NCBI GenBank assembly: GCA_951406725.2
Contig: OX597832.1
Span: forward strand, 5,208,001 to 5,272,000
DNA: 64,000 nt
Origin: Octopus vulgaris
Taxonomy: Eukaryota
Direction: 5' to 3'
Shown here piece after piece: positions 26,578 to 40,160 of this stretch. The position numbers and the translations under genes are program-made. The notes below the pieces were generated by a model, which did no database searches, was not told the origin of the DNA, and saw only the letters and a program-made list of their open reading frames with translations. Within the stretch, counting starts at the first letter, position 1; every line of letters begins with the position of its first letter.

Positions 26578-26897
26578 CAGTGGTTCTGAACAGGGGACCA
26601 TATAGGATTTTTTAGGGTCCACGCTAGCAAAATAGTAAATTAGGGATCCACAATAGTATTTTAAGGGCCCCCTTGAAAAAAATTTGCTTCAGATGTGTAT
26701 ATTGGTATGTATTGCAAGAAACAGCTAGGTTTCTTTCTCTAATGTTTTACATAATTCAACCTACACAAGTTAATGTATGCATAAACAAAGAAGGAATTTT
26801 GAAAGAAGTATCTATAAAATTAGTTTTAAATATCGAACGGCTATGATAAAATGGTAATCAAAGGGATCCATAGGTAAAAATCAGTTGAGAATCCCTG
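26578..26897. mobile_element. hAT-type MITE
   Basis: CAGTGGTTCT...AGAATCCCTG termini with an exact 8-bp TSD CTTTAACC (26570-26577 and 26898-26905); relative at about 43718-43978. Confidence 0.85.
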
Positions 26898-28693
26898 CTT
26901 TAACCCAACAACTTGGAAACTTCAAATTCATTTAGGGATGAGTTATCTCTCTTGAAATGTAAAGATTATGAACTTAGCATTTTGCCCAAAGAGAATATTG
27001 AAAATATGCATATATTTTCAGAAGTGAAGGCTCGTGGCTTAGTGGTTAGGGCATTCGACTGACGATTGTAAGGTAGTGAGTTCGATTCCCGGCGATGCGT
27101 TGTGTCCTTGAGCAAGACACTTTATTTCACGTTGCTCCAGTCCACTCAGCTGGCAAAAATGAGTTGTACCTGTATTTCAAAGGGCCGGCCTTGTCACACT
27201 TTGTATCACGCTGAATCTCCCTGAGAAGTACGTTAGGGGTACACATGTCTGTGGATTGCTCAGTCACTTGCACGTTAATTCCACGAGCAAGCTGTTCTGT
27301 TGATCGTATCAGCTGGGACCCTCGTCGTTGTAACCAACGGAGTGCTCCTACTATATTTTCAGATTAACCTTTAGAAACAATTGTGCTAGAGTTTCTTTAT
27401 ATCATTTTTTTGGTTTGTAAAATGCAAATTAATTGCAGATGATAGGAGATGGCAGTAAAATTATGGTAGATTGGGTCAGTAGTAGAAGATCATGAATTTA
27501 GCATTTAGCTAAATATATACCTGTTTCAGTCATTAGACTGTGGCCATGCTGTGGCACTACCTTGAAGAACTTTTAGTCAAATGAATCAACCCCAGTGTAT
27601 TTTCTTTTCTTAAGTCTGGTACTTATTCTATCAGTCTCTTTTGTTGAACCGCTAAGTTATGGGAATGTAAACACACCAACACTGGTTGTCAAGCATTTGT
27701 GGGGTACAAACACACACACACACACACATGCACTCGCGTGATGGGCTTCTTTCAGTTTCTGTCAATCAAGTCCACTCACAAGGCTTTGATCATCCCGAGG
27801 CTATAGTAGAAGACACTTAGCGAAGGTGCCATGCACTAGGACCAAACCTGGAACCATGTGGTTGGGAATACAAGCTTCTTACCACACAGCTAGATGTCAC
27901 ACTTTCACAGCTTTACCTCCCCACCACCCTTTCTGTACAACCCATGGCATAATGGAAAGAAGGACATTAAACAACAATGACAAAAATGATGATGATGATG
28001 TGTGTGTGTATACATGTATACACACACACATATGTGAGGGTGCAGGCCTATTGGTTAGAGTGTTGAACTCACGCTCATGAGATCATGACTACAGTCTCAC
28101 TTGGCTTGACAGGTCTACACAGGCACCTCTTTCTTGTCTTCAGACAGTATTCACCCAGGGTGGGTTGAGCTGGCTTCATTCATCCTCAATGCTGCATCTC
28201 TTACAAACACTGACCAGACCTGGCGATTTGAAGCTAAAGACCACATGATCGCCAACCACTCCTTATTCCAGCGGCGAACGCCATAGATATGGGGGCCAGG
28301 TTTTTCGTTGTCCACCACATTGCTTTCGGCACAGGCACGGTATATTGCCAAGGGTCTTGGTCACTTGTCACTGCCTCCATGAGACCCAATGATCAAATGG
28401 TGCTTTTTACATTCCACCGGCATGGGTGCTAGTCAGATGGCACTGGCCTTGGCCATAACTACAATTTCACTTGGTTCAACAGGTCTTCACAAGCACAGCA
28501 TATTGCCCAACAATTGAAGGATGCTTTTAGCATACCAGTTATGCGACACTGGCATCAGCCATGATTATGATCTCACTTGGTTTGATGTCACTGCCTCCAT
28601 GAGGCCCAATGCTCAAACGGTGCATTTTATGTGCCACCAGCACAGGTGTCAGCCAGATGGCACTGGCATTGGCCTCGACTATGATTTCATATG

Positions 28694-29587
28694 TACGAGG
28701 TCCGATCAATAAGAATCCGGACTGTTGCCATAGTAATGAAGCTAAAGCATGCTGACTGAAGCCACTTAACAGAGATTGACCTTGAACTCTGCTGTGTATG
28801 CACACTAAGTTTTAATGTTCTAGCTCACTTCTGCTGTTTACAACAATGCTTGGAAGGAAGGTGTATAACACATGATCATCACATTGATCATGGCAGAGTA
28901 AGTTGTCATGGTGATACCTGCTCAGAAACATGCGCAAAGTTGCAGAAAGTGTATGGAGAGGAGTGTATGAGTCACACACAAGTCTACAAGTGGTTCAGAT
29001 GTTTCAAAGATGGCTGAAAAAATGTCGATATTGATGAACATTCTGGGAGACCCACAACCAGCAGAACTGAGAAAAACATCACAGATATGCATGCAGCTGT
29101 GGGGGAAAATTGTCAAATCATCATCTGTGAGTTATCAGAGGATGTGCAGGTTAATTACAGTTCAGTCTGTTATCACTGAAGATTTGGGTATGAGACATAT
29201 GTCTGCCAAGTTTGTGCCAAAACTGCTTTCAGCTGACCAAAAATACACTTGGGTTTCAGTCACATAAGATCTGCTTGATTGTGTTGAGAACGATAAAAAC
29301 TTTGTGAAAAATTTACATAGGCCTCTGAGCAGGTATTGGCAAGCTTTTGGCAAAATTTGATGCAGATTCTCTGCTCAACTTCTTCTGCCATGGTCAATGT
29401 GATGATCACATGCTACATACTTTCCTTCCAAGCACTGCTGTAAACAATGGAAGTGAGCTAGAATGTTAAAACTTAGTGTGCATGCACAGCAGAGTACAAG
29501 ATCAATCTGTGCCAAGCAGCTTCACTCTGCATGTTTTAGTTTTGTTACTATGGTAACAGTCCGGATACTTATTGATCAGACCAAATA
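28694..29587. mobile_element. mariner-derived element built from two inverted 5' ends
   Basis: Arms of about 200-270 bp; transposase N-terminus on both strands (MAEEVEQRICIKFCQKL on -, QVYKWF...MSAKFVPKLL on +). Confidence 0.85.
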
Positions 29588-30063
29588 TATATATATAATG
29601 CACACACTCACATACCTACATGTCACACTCTTTACACACACTTACACTTTTACCTATTCATCCACCCTTTCTGTTCCCGTCCCTTTGTCATACTTTCAAT
29701 TCCATCAGTATTATACCCCACTCAGTTGAGTGAGGTCTTGTTTTGTAAGTGCTTGGCATTAAGAAGGGCAACCAGTTGTAGATACCATGCCAAAGCAGAC
29801 ATTGGAGCTCAGTGCAATCCTCTGGCTTGTTGGCAGAATGACTCTCCTGAGAAACAATGAAATATGTGACAACACCTGAATGCACATCAAGAATATTTGC
29901 AAATCGAAAACGAAAATGAAATGTTTTTGCTGTTTATAATGTGAAATATGTGCTATTTTATGGTACCAATTTATAAATATATCTTCTTGTAATACTTATC
30001 TCTAGTAACTTATGATGATTTTGAAGATGTGAAGTGACTAATTAAAGAAAAACAATTTCATAC

Positions 30064-30306
30064 CTCCATTGATATGTCCTGAATAAGTACTTGATGAGCT
30101 TATAGAACGAGGAGAATCAGAATTGGTGACTGAATAGCAATCAGAGCTCATACTGTAACGGTGGAAACTTCCATCAGGCTTAAAGAAATTGCTATCCATC
30201 ATACTCAAGTTGAGACGAGTTTCACTGCGGCATTTACTCAATCGAAAGTTTGTTGAATACTTGATTGTCCTGCGACTGCTATATTGAGGCAATTCTCGAA
30301 AAGGAA
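30064..30306 (-). CDS. SHANK: SHANK coding exon 10 (post-ankyrin Ser-rich linker)
   Basis: ttactag|(V)PFRELPQYSSRR...SSSSTYSGHING+G|gtatga, 243 nt, phase 1-1; matches SHANK VPFRETPSYAKRR. Confidence 0.9.
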
Positions 30307-33300
30307 CTAGTAAAAAAAGAAAACAAAATAGAAATAAAATAAATGTAAAATTGTTAAGTGCAGGTATGGCTGTTTGGTTAAGAAGCTTGCTTTGCAGCCA
30401 TGATTTTGGGTTCAGTCCCATAGTGCAACCCCTTGGGCAAATGTCTTCAACTATAGCCTTGGGCTGACCAATGTCTTGTGATTGAATTTGGTATACACAT
30501 GTGAATGTGTATGGCTTAGTGGTTAGGGTATTCAATTCATGATCGCAAGGCCGTGAGTTCAATTCCAGGTGGCACACTGTGTCCTTGAGCAATACACTTT
30601 ATTTCACATTGCTCCAGTCCACTCAACTGGCAAAAATGAATCGTACCTGTATTTCAAAGGGCCAACCTTGTCACATTCTGTGAAATGTTGAATCTCCTTG
30701 AGAACTACGTTAAGGGTACATGTGTCTGTGGAGTGTTTGGCCACATGCACATTAATTTCACAAGCAGGTTGTTCTGTTGACCAGATTAACTAGATTTATA
30801 CACCCATAGGCATAGGAGTGGCTGTGTGGTTAGTAGCTTGCTTATGAACCATATGGTTCCGGGTTCAGTCCCACTGCGTGGCACCTTGGGCAAGTGTCTT
30901 CTACTATAGCCTTGGGCTAACCAAAGCCTTGTGAGTGGATTTGGTAGACGGAAACTGAAAGAAGCCTGTCGTGTATATATGTATGTGTGTGTATATGTTT
31001 GTGTCTCTGTTTGTCCCCCCAACATCACTTGACAACTGATGCTGGTGTGTTTACATCCCTGTAACTTAGCGGTTCGGCAAAAATGACTGATAGAATAGGC
31101 TTACAAAGAATAAGTCCTAGAATCAAATTGCTTGACTAAAGGCGGTGCTCCAGCATGGCCACAGTCAAATGACTGAAACAAGTAAAAGTATAAAAGAGTA
31201 AAAGAGAGACATACATATGTATGTGTGTGTGTGTGTAGTCTTTGTGCTTGTGCTATACCACCGCTTGACATCCTGTGCTGGTTTCTTTAGGTACCTGTAA
31301 CTTAGCAGTTTGGCCAAAGAGACTGATAGAATAAGTACCAGACTTAAAAATATGTACTGAGCTTGATTTGTTCGACTAAACTCTTCAAGGTGGTGCCCCA
31401 ATGAACAGTTTAGATAATAAAACATTAAATTGTTTCAGTCATTAATTAGACTGTGGCCATGCTGGAGCAGCAGCTTGAAGAATATTAATTGAACAAATTG
31501 ACCCCAATACTTATTTCTTTAACGCCTGGTATTTATTCCACCAGTCTCACTTACCAAACTCTTAACTTATGGGAAGGTAAACACACCAACACCAGTTGTC
31601 AAGTGGTGGTGGGGATAAGCACAGACACAAAGACAGACACACAGACACAGACACGACACGCACACACAGACACGCACACACAGAGACACAGACACACACA
31701 CACACACACACACACACAATGAGCTTCTTTCAGGTTTTGTCAACCAAATCCTCTCACAAGGTTTTGGTTGACCTGAGGCAACAGTAGAAGATATTAGCCC
31801 AAGGTACCACGCAGTGGGTCTGAACCTGGAACCATGTGGTTGAGAACTAAACTTCTTAACACACAACCATGTCTGCACCTATATATTTAAATGTTTTAGA
31901 TTAGAATATTTGGAAAAGCAAATTATTAAAAAAAATTTTTTAATAATTTGAGCAATCCACATTTTTTCATTTTTTCCAATAGGGAACAATAACTAGTGAG
32001 GATCAAATATATAAAGCATGGTCATTGATGAAATACACAATGTTTGCAACAGTGATTACAGAAATGAATTCTGAACAATTAGTCTCTATTGGAATTATGA
32101 GGAAGGTTTGGGAGTTTGTTTGGGATTTTCTGAGATGCAACACAGTGGGGTAATGTCAAGAGGAGTGTTAAGAGCACAAAGTAAAGGTGAAGTGAAGATA
32201 TGGTTATTATATTCAGAGGAGCATAGGTTATCATAGTAGAAGAATGGGAAAGGTAACACATTTTGATGATATGTCAGTGACTGGAGAATGGTAGTTAATT
32301 CTAATGTATTCTAACGAGTGCTGGGTGTTTGTGAAAAAACTTTAGCAGGCCATTAATGAAGAAAAAGAGAAATAAAAAAAGTAAATGAAATATATGTTTC
32401 TTCAAGTGGCCATAGGTAATACAAGGGTTTCCCCAAGTGGCCATAGGTATTACAATCATTTCTTCATACTATTTAGCTCTTTTGTATTCAGATCATTCTT
32501 TTAAGAATAATACTTGTTTATTCACAATGTTTTGAATTAAGCCTTTAGTCTTCAGATTATTTTGTCAAATGTAGAACTTAGTAATTCATATTGTCTTGAA
32601 TTAATCTTGCATTATCTTATCACTTCCAGATTTTGATGATGTAATTTTTTATTCTTAGAATGACATTATAGGATAGACAGGAGAGGCCATACCTGGCAAA
32701 TTTGACTATAAAACATGTAGAATAATTTGGCCAGACATAGCTGGTTTAAATGCTAAAGGTTTAATCAAGTATTTTTTCATAATTTCAAGATTTCAATGAT
32801 GTGATTGTTTACTTTTAGAATGACATAGTAAGATAGGTGTGCAAGGCTAAATCTGGTCAGTTTGAATGTAAGGCAGGAAGAATATTTGGGTCACATATGG
32901 TCTGTTTAATGCTGAAGAGTTAGAGGGATTAGAATTTTGAATTTAGTATTAAGGAATTATAAGAAAATTTTCTTATTCAATTTTTTTGCTTACTTATTAT
33001 GAAGTTCTTAAAAATTCTTGTTGGTGACAGTGGGCTATGCCAAACTTTAATTTTCTCACTTCTATTTTCAACATAGTAGCCACATCCAACAAGGTTGATT
33101 TCAGTCTGATATGAGAGATGAAAAGCTATGTTGCATTTGTAGCTGTAGCCATCAAGTACATTTGAAGTTTATCAGCTTTTTAGCATGGCTAAATCCTTCT
33201 TGTTTAAGGTTGAGATGTCTCTGGTGGGAATGTGTCATCTGAGACATTCTCAGTGGTCAGACATTATCAAGATGACTGAGTTCATCCAGCAGGTCAGGAC

Positions 33301-34517
33301 ATCCTTAACAATGATACCAGTGGCTTAATGAGGGTGAGGGTTTGTGCTGAGCAGCTCAAGGTGGCAAAGTCCAGATGTATGGTGCACAAGGTACAAATCC
33401 CACATGATGAAGAGAGGGTAGTTCAAGTCTTATGATACATATGGTAACTGTATGATCACGTGATACCCAACATTAAGTGACTTCCTAGAATAGGGGGTTG
33501 GGACTGACTAGCAGCCCCATGGTTTGCAGGGCTTAAAGGGGAGGGGGCTACAGCTGATGGTGTGCCTTCAAGAGTTTTGGTCACTTTGCCTTGAATTATT
33601 TTATCAATCTGATAAGGGAAAATGACAAAGTTAATCTAAGCATAATGGGAAGTCCTTCGTACAGGACCAAATGCCACTAAGGTATCTTTATTCAATACTT
33701 CAATTCTGCTGTCCCTTAACAGCATATTTTTTGTCTTTTATCTTTTACTTCTTTCTGTCATTAAACTGGCCATGCTAGGGCACCACCTTGAAAACATTTA
33801 GTCAAATTTATTGACATCAGTAAATATTACTTTTTCTTGTAAAGGCCGGTACTTATTCTATTGTTCTGTTTTGCTGAACTGCTAAGTTATGAGGACATAA
33901 ACACACCAACACTGGTTATCAAGCAGTGTTGAGGGACAAACACAAATATATATATATACACACACACACATATGCGCGTGTGTGCACACACACACACATG
34001 CGCACACACACATCCACACACATATATACACAGCAGGCTTCTTTCAGCTTCAATCTACAAAATCCATTCACAAGGCTTTGGTCAGCCAGAGGTTATAGTA
34101 GAAACACTTGCCCAAGGTACCACACAATGGGACTGAACCCAGAACTATGTGGTTGTAAAGCAAACTTATAACCACATAGTCCCCCCCTTCCCCCCACCGA
34201 AATATATAATATTCATATATATGCGCATATGCACAGGCAAAAGTACTTCTGATGGTGATCCACACAACTTCTGTTTGCTTAATTCCACTTACAAGACTTT
34301 GATTAACGTGACACTGTGCGAGAAGACATTTACCCAAGGTAAACGAGAGACAATATGATTGAAAATGGGTTTTCTTTTCTTTAACCGCACTGCGATGTTT
34401 ATAAGTCTATTGTTAAGTTACGCATGTTTCATAACAATACAGATACAATGCAAGCTGGAAAATTAAGTAAATTACATTTAAACATTTATTAAAACTTGTC
34501 AATAATAAAACACTAAC

Positions 34518-34662
34518 CTATATCAGCAGAACTGTATCCTTTGATAATTTCAGCAAGATCTAAGTTACCGGCAATAATAGCAGCCTCATATGGTGTTTGA
34601 TTGTTTAGATTTACAATGACTTTGTTAGCACCACGGAAAAGCAGGACACGAATACAAGACTC
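34518..34662 (-). CDS. SHANK: SHANK coding exon 9 (last ankyrin repeats)
   Basis: ttgcag|ESCIRVLLFRGANKVIVNLNNQTPYEAAIIAGNLDLAEIIKGYSSADI+G|gttagt, 145 nt. Confidence 0.95.
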
Positions 34663-35617
34663 CTGCAATATAAACAACACACATCATATACAAACAATGT
34701 TTTGAAACTGAATATCATTAATTTAATCAATGCCATTACTTAGCTATTTCCATTCAATTTCTCAATAGAACTTAGATAATGTGGTCATATTTACTTCAAG
34801 ATAAAAGATTTACGCAACCACTATTTTTAGCTGTCATATTTCTACAGGAAAAGTAAATAAAGCGTAATAAAGCACAAGCAATCAGAGACAAAGCTGTTCA
34901 AATTAATAGTTAAGATAGTTTTGATATACTTAATGTAATGAGTAATAAATACTTAATCAGAAATACTTCTGCAGTGAACAAGAAGAAACAATAGCCCTGT
35001 CACTAATATTTTATTGGTTTTAGCAAATAAAAAGCCAAATTTGTTATCTTTAGTTTGGCTTTTGTACTTGTCCCCACCTATAGTTATGTGTGTTGAGTAA
35101 TGACTGAAAGTGTACAATCATGAATACATACAAGGGGCCAAAATGGGGATCCACTGAAAGATTTCTGGCATAATGTTACTTGACAGAATGGATAACTTGA
35201 AGATCAGAGTGTCTCTCCAGGTTGAGCTGCTTTGAGAGGTACCTAACTACCTATCTCTCTTAAATATATAAAAAACAAAGTCCCTTATATATTTGTATAT
35301 ATATATATGTGTATATATACATGGGACGAAGTGTTGAAAGCTGATCTCAAGACACTGTACCTTATGAAAGAGATGACAAAGGACTGAGGTGTCTGGCACC
35401 TTGCTGTTCTCAAGAAGACCTATCCACTATAGCAGAATTGATACTGGTATCATGTTAAAAGCACCAGTGCACTCTGTAAAGTGGTTGGTGTTAGGAGGGG
35501 CATCCAGCCATAAAAACCATGCTAGAACAGGCAATGGAGCCTGGTGTGGCCCTTACCAGCTCCTGTCAAACCATCCAACCCATGACAGCATGGAAAATAG
35601 ATGTTAAATGATGACAG

Positions 35618-35648
<31 letters not shown>

Positions 35649-35994
35649 TGATATTTATCTCTATGTGTTTTTTATGCCTAAGTGAGTTTCCCTCATCTAC
35701 ATGTGTGTTCTTTGCTGTTTGTAAATAGCGCATTTGTTTGTCCAAGTTTCTTGAGATGTCTTGATATGTTGCAAGATTCTTCTAAACAGAAGCCTCCTTC
35801 ACATGATGTCATTTGTTTGCAGTTCTTTCTCCTTATAAATATGTCTGAGATGTTTGTTGTTGGATGGGCTGGAATAATATTACCTCATTTGGAAGCCAAG
35901 TGTTGGTGGCAAGGAAGGTATCCAGTCAAAGAAAGCTCTGCTTGCATGGGTCAAAGTTATCTGACTCATGCAAGCATGGAAAAGTAGACATTAA

Positions 35995-36228
35995 AACAAT
36001 GATGATGATGATGATAATCATGCTGCTCCTGATCACGATGATGATGATGATGATGATGACAATGGTTATGAAGATGTTGAAGACGATAATAATGATGATG
36101 ATGAAGATTATGGTGACTATGATGATGAAGGTGATGACAATGATGACAAAGATGATCAAGATGATGAAAATGATGACGACAATGAAAATGATGAAGATGT
36201 TGATGACAATGATGATGATGGTGGTGGT
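35995..36228. repeat. degenerate (GAT)n trinucleotide expansion
   Basis: Expanded tail of an RTE-type 3' end (CATGGAAAAGTAGACATTAAA immediately precedes it). Confidence 0.9.
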
Positions 36229-36410
36229 TTATACACACATAGGGATTAGTAATAATCAGTAATATTAAGCCAAAATTTTCTTTTTTAAATGGGAAACATA
36301 TACCTGTATAAAACTTTTCGATATTCAATAAATGAAAATCATTTTTAGAATGAATTAATGGTGTTTAAGCTGACAAAATTATAAACTAATTTTATTCTGA
36401 AATCACAAAC

Positions 36411-36527
36411 CTGATTTGTAACTGCACAAACATGCAATGGTGTATTTCCACTTGCATTCTGCACATCCATGTCAGCTCCATAATATATTAAATGTTCCAA
36501 AATCTGAACTTTGCCACTGCGGCAAGC
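36411..36527 (-). CDS. SHANK: SHANK coding exon 8 (ankyrin repeats)
   Basis: ttttag|ACRSGKVQILEHLIYYGADMDVQNASGNTPLHVCAVTNQ|gtttgt, 117 nt. Confidence 0.95.
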
Positions 36528-37199
36528 CTAAAATGGAAATCGAAATGTATTTGTGAATTAACAGTTATGCTTTATATTGTGTCTGGGGAGAGTCAGATAC
36601 AAAAATGAAGTTATGCGTTAATTGAGTTAATAAGCCATTTAAGAACCTTTTAATATTGGTTTCAAATTTTTGACACAAAGTCAGTAATTTCGAGGGCTCA
36701 ATTAGTTCTGATTTTATCAAACCTGGAAGGATGAAAGGCAAAGTTGACCTCGGTGGATTTTGAATTCAGAACGTGAAGACAGACGAAATGCTGCTAAGCA
36801 TTTTGCCTGATGTGCTAAAAATTCTGCCAGCTACTGCCCTAAGAACCTTTTTAATATTACTGTCTATAAAAAGGTGATGAGCTGGCAGAAGTGGTAGAAT
36901 GCCAGGCAATATGCTTAGTGGCATTTCGTCTATCTTTACATTCTGAGTTCAAATTCCACTGAGGTTGATTTTGCTGTTGGTTGATGAAATAAGTCCCAGT
37001 TGAGTACTGAGGTTGGCCTAATTGACTTAACCCCTTCTCTGAAGTTACAGGCTTTGTGCCAAAATTTTAAACCAATATTATTGTTTATAAAGGAAAAGTG
37101 AATATAACAGTTTTTTTGTGTGTTCTTAAATACCATGTGTAACTGCAATTTCAGATTTTCCTACCCAAATCAAGATTTAAAAAAAGCACTGCATATAAT

Positions 37200-37800
37200 A
37201 CATAATATATGAAGGTAAAATTTTCTACACCCATTGGGGAAATGGCTGATGTCTAGAAAAGGAGTAAATAAAAATTCCATATGGTGCACCTTATGTAAAC
37301 TATAATTGCACACAAAGGCTGTACTAAGATTAGAGGCCAGTTGACATTCTGGCAGATGCACAAGAATAGTTTGCATGAAGAGCACCAGTGAAAAAATTCT
37401 TTCTAATGCTTAGAAGACTTCACAGAATTACTTAGAAGCATTTATAACCTATGTAGCCAAAACCAAAAGTAGGAGGTGTTTCAAAAGCATAGTAAGAATA
37501 AAAACAGGTTTAAAGAAAGTTCTGGGAACTACTACCTCTGCTGGCAACAAAAGGATTCTCTCTTTGACTGAAGGATAGATTATGTTTGTCTACAAAATTT
37601 AATGATGCATTGTAGCAAGACCTGGGTATTGAATGTAGGGGATGTATGAAGGCTTGAAAGAAATAAAGTGAGCATATGCCAATGGATGTTTATGTGCATG
37701 AAGGATGAGGAGAAAAATGGACTGAGAGAAAGGCTTGGTACAAGAGGAATCAGATGCAGTATTCAAGTGAAAAGACTGCACTGGTACAGACATGCAACAC
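37200..37800 (+). mobile_element. old RTE LINE fragment
   Basis: Decayed RKGVNKNSIWCTLCKL and LRERLGTRGIRCSIQVKRLHWYRH segments homologous to 20351-22529. Confidence 0.7.
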
Positions 37801-38435
37801 ACTTCAGAAATGTGGTGGTCTGGTTCCTCTGTCCAGCAATTTGTCTGCATCACCATTGGTAAATGAATGGTTCTTTTGTCTAATCTGCACATCTCCCATG
37901 CTGCTTCCCATGGCTTCTTCTGTATCTTTAGTCAGGGTGGCTGTTGGGTGCTATGTTTTCCCAAAGGGAAATCTATGTGTGATCCATATTCAGTGTTAAT
38001 CCTTATCTAGAAGCCATTTCCATAGCAAACCCAGCTGAGTAGGTTTTCTCACACCCAAGACATCAAAAGTAAATCAGAATAGCAGTAACCAACTGTACAT
38101 CAAAATATACAGCTTAAAATGTTTGTCGACTTTATGGAGATGTTGAATAAGAAACTTCTATAAATAACAAATATTTGATATTAATTATAAAAGAGACAAC
38201 TGAATAACTGTAGTAGTGTAATGTAACTGGATGTGAGAAATAAATTTAGGAGCCTCATAAACAAATGCCATAAAATTCAAAGAACATACAAGTCACAGAA
38301 TCAAAGAATTGGATTTGACACTTAGGTGTATTTAAGATGATTTCAAAGAAATGTAATTGGTTTAAAATATAGTTTAAGGTAGGTGTGTAAATTGCAAAGT
38401 AGGTTTTATTCTGTTTAGCATGACTCTATATTTAC

Positions 38436-38600
38436 CTGGTGAATCTCAAACCATCCTTGTTCATCTGTGGTTCCAATTATAGCCCTTTCATTCAAAAGCA
38501 GCTCTGCACAAACAGGATCGTCTTTGCTGACAACATAGTACAATGGTGTTAAATATCTCAAGTCTTTATAGTTGGGAGAAGCTCCCAAATCCAACAGCGT
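38436..38600 (-). CDS. SHANK: SHANK coding exon 7 (ankyrin repeats)
   Basis: acacag|TLLDLGASPNYKDLRYLTPLYYVVSKDDPVCAELLLNERAIIGTTDEQGWFEIHQ|gtaaat, 165 nt. Confidence 0.95.
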
Positions 38601-39759
38601 CTGTGTAATAGAAGTATGATCTCAATAAAATAATATGTAGGCTGTGTTGAAAATATCTTTCTTACTTGGTTTAGTTAAATAAATAGCTTGAAAAAAAAGC
38701 AAAAGGGTTAATAAAAGTAAGGTCTATGTCCAAAGAAAGCAATCTATTATTTGATACTTGATCATTTTTGCCATTAGCTCTCTGACAGGTTTATGGTTGA
38801 ACCTGTGGCAGTGGAGACACATATATCATACATATGTCTTACTCTTTTACTTGTTTCAGTCATTTGACTGCAGCCATGCTGGAGCTCTGCCTTTAGTTGA
38901 GCAAATCGACCCAAGGACTTATTCTTTGTGAGCCTAATACTTATTCTATCGGTCTCTTTTGCCGAACTGCTAAGTTATGAGGACGTAAACACATTAGCAT
39001 CAGTTGTCAAGTGATGTTGGGGGGTGGGGACAAACACAGACACATACATATATATATGTACATATATACGACAGGCTTCTTTCAGTTTCCGTCTACCAAA
39101 TCCACTCACAAGGCTTTGGTCGGCCTGAGACTATAGTAAAAGACACTTGCCCAAGGTGCCATGCAGTGGGACTGAACCCGGAACCATGTGGTTAGTAAGC
39201 AAGCTACTTACCACACAGCCACTCCTGCATATGTATATACATGTGTGGGACTTTTTTTCAATATGATTTAATAATTTGAACTTAGGAAAATCTTGCATCA
39301 AATATTGTGAATGTTTCAATATAAACTATTGACTGGATCCATTGGCAAGACGAACTGACATAAATGGGTGAACACTGGAGATGGTTCTGCATTGCAAATT
39401 AACAAACCACTCATCAGTTTTACAATGCTCCTACTGTTTACTGCAGTCAGTGGCTCCAGTTGTATTCATATCCATCTAGATAGATTGAATTATTTAAAAA
39501 CTGAGTGTCTTGGCCATAGACACTATTCCATGCTGATACCAATAAATATAAATTATCCGACTCTTGGCTGGTTGTCCAAAACCTTATCAACTCAAATTAT
39601 CTACACTCTTATAAAATAATTAATGACTGTAAAACTAACGCACACTGAGTTTTAAGGGTCCTTCTTATTTAATTCTAAATAGGTTACAAACTATTTCTGT
39701 AACGCATAGCTGATTCAATATAAGGCAGTTTCCAGAGATAGCTCTCTCTCTCTTTTTTT

Positions 39760-40160
39760 CTCTTTTACTTGTTTCAGTCATTTGACTGCGGCCATGCTGG
39801 AGCACCACCTTTAATCGAGCAACTCGACCCCGGGACTTATTCTTTGTAAGCCCAGTACTTATTCTATCGGTCTCTTTTGCCGAACCGCTAAGTGACGGGG
39901 ACATAAACACACCAGCATCAGTTGTCAAACAATGCTAGGGGGACAAACACAGACACACAAACACACACGCACATATATATATATGTACATATATATACGA
40001 CGGGCTTCTTTCAGTTTCTGTCTACCAAATCCACTCACAGGGCTTTGGTTGGCCCGAGGCTATAGTAGAAGACACTTGCCCAAGGTGCCACGCAGTGGGA
40101 CTGAACCCGGAACCATGTGGTTGGTAAGCAAGCTACTTACCACACAGCCACTCCTGCGCC
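39760..40160 (-). mobile_element. young tRNA-derived SINE (family A)
   Basis: Head GGCGCAGGAGTGGCTGTGTGG...GGTTCAGTCCC, internal (TG/TA)n, AAAAGAG tail. Approximate other copies: 3730-4110+, 4370-4745-, 27515-27890-, 30808-31205+, 31430-31880-, 33740-34180-, 38835-39228-, 40870-41210+, 52950-53340+, 62018-62420+. Confidence 0.9.

Noticed and set aside
35864-36328. Poly-Met and poly-His ORFs
   Set aside because: Reading frames through a (GAT)n retroelement tail; no coding context.
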